Shown: one piece after another, positions 62,431 to 64,000 of the stretch | Layout: every line of letters begins with the position of its first letter | Numbering within the stretch: the stretch's first letter is position 1 | From: Cenococcum geophilum | Taxonomy: Eukaryota | Assembly: GCA_050273025.1 (NCBI GenBank) | Contig: CP158635.1 | Coordinates: forward strand, 17,732,001 to 17,796,000 | DNA length: 64,000 bases | Direction of reading: 5' to 3' | Notes under the pieces: model-generated | Databases searched by the model: none | The model's input: only the letters and a program-made list of their open reading frames with translations | Told to the model about the DNA's origin: nothing | Program-made: the position numbers and the translations under genes

Positions 62431-64000
62431 TAGGATTGCCAACTGAACTGTAATAAGCACGACGTATCGCCGATATAGAAGTCTATACCGTTGTCAGTTC
62501 TATATTAGACTCTAATAGCTTATCCTAGCGGCCTCATTAAGGACGCAACGCGAGAAATAGGTCTTGGTCGGTTTGACGGATTAAGAACGAGATAGGCATT
62601 ACTAATATGTAATATAAAACAATATACAATGCAGTTAAGGATACAATATAAGCGTCTAGTCTACTAGAGAAGCCCTTAAATACTAAGCAAAAGAGGAACG
62701 AACTTTATAACGCCACAACCTACTTATATACGCTATTCTATTCTATTTTTATAGATCTTATAGACGCGGACAAGGAGCGGTATATTTAAGCAGTTGCTTA
62801 GCGCTGTAACTATAATAAGAAGCGACGAATAGAATATAAATATGCTGAACCCTTACCTTCGAAGCACTCTTAAAAGAGCCTTAAAGACCCTATTACTGGG
62901 TTAACCGCAAATAGGATAACAGAAAAATGGCAGCGGGTGGTTAAGACGTTTAGGGCGATAATAATATACGTTAAACGATTCCTAGACACTAGAGTATTAA
63001 TATATATGCGGCTAAGAGATCTACTTCCTAAAGGAAAGAATATGGATAATATTTCCGTAGATAAGCTTATCTTCTTAATATTTAAGGATACTCTAAAGCA
63101 GGATATAGGCTTTAATAAGGACTATGATATATTAATATACGTTTTCCGGAGTGGAGACCGGTAAAAGGTTACTAGTAAATGGATATAGAAGACTATTATA
63201 GATTATGCGTTTATGCTTAGTTTAAATTTTATTAATTAAATAATTAAATAAAACCACCTAAGTACGCTATAAATTCTAGATTAGAGTTAATCCTATATAC
63301 TAACTTATATAGCAACAACTATATTAAAGAATCTACTACTAATATCAGAGCAATAAAGCTGCTATATACCACCACCGTTAAAAGCATATATGCCAACTTA
63401 ACCTTACTAGGATATTTTAATACTACTAACTGCTAATATGCTAGCGGACACACCGCGTTTATCTCCTCTAAATTAATATAAAACTGTTAAGACGCCGGCA
63501 AAAAGAAAAGGTGTTAAATTGGGAGTTTGCCCCCCCTTAAAGCGCTAAAGAGCCTTAGGCGGATAAAGTCGTAAGTAGAGACAGACCTATAACCTATAGC
63601 CTTTAGGCTAGTAGCAAAGGGGGCGGGATTAAAGTATTTACTATTAGAAATATGGTTTTCCTTTCCCTCCCCTTTAGGGGGAATAAAAGCCGGTATAGAG
63701 TGCGTAACGCTTGGGTCCCTACTACTATTAAAACGCTTTTTTAACTGGCCCTTAGTTTCTAGTAATAATAAAAGTAACGGAACCGGGCTTATATGCGACT
63801 GTAATAACGCTTAAAGTTGTATCTTAGGGCAATATAATTACGGACTTAAAGTCTTGCCCAAATCCACTATTATAGAATCTTTTATCTGTGGCTGTATTAT
63901 AAATTAATATAACGCAGAGCCTAGGTCTATAATTTCTTACGTAAATAGGATACTATCTAACTCGCTTTTAGTATTAGATACCTATAGTGCAGTAGTCCCG

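Overview
This is AT-rich, RIP-mutated filamentous-ascomycete DNA made almost entirely of nested, dead mobile elements. I can support no intact host gene, and the supplied ORFs are mostly repeat or antisense artefacts. From left to right: (1) a chromodomain Ty3/Gypsy element (1-5879); (2) a degenerate, intron-containing DUF3435-like tyrosine recombinase (Starship 'captain'-like) gene on the minus strand (~6000-9950); (3) a minus-strand Copia (10125-26156) carrying a GalEa-type Copia in its gag and three non-autonomous retroposons packed into ~0.5 kb of its integrase; (4) a plus-strand Copia (26749-~46200) carrying a solo LTR, a MITE that itself holds a hAT, a pogo/CENP-B-type Tc1-mariner and a second chromovirus with an antisense Zn-cluster-like gene; (5) a Plavaka-like transposase relic, two diverged copies of a ~3.9 kb unit with a PhyH-like dioxygenase-fold ORF, a Helitron Rep relic and a DUF6589/Academ-like transposase relic. 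The key observation is that all three retroposons (two ~1.0 kb with TAC tails, one ~2.5 kb with a poly(A) tail, each with an 11-16 bp target-site duplication) begin at the first nucleotide of a complete, hand-foldable HDV-like ribozyme. All protein and RNA assignments were made by eye, with mental reversal of RIP changes, and need computational confirmation.
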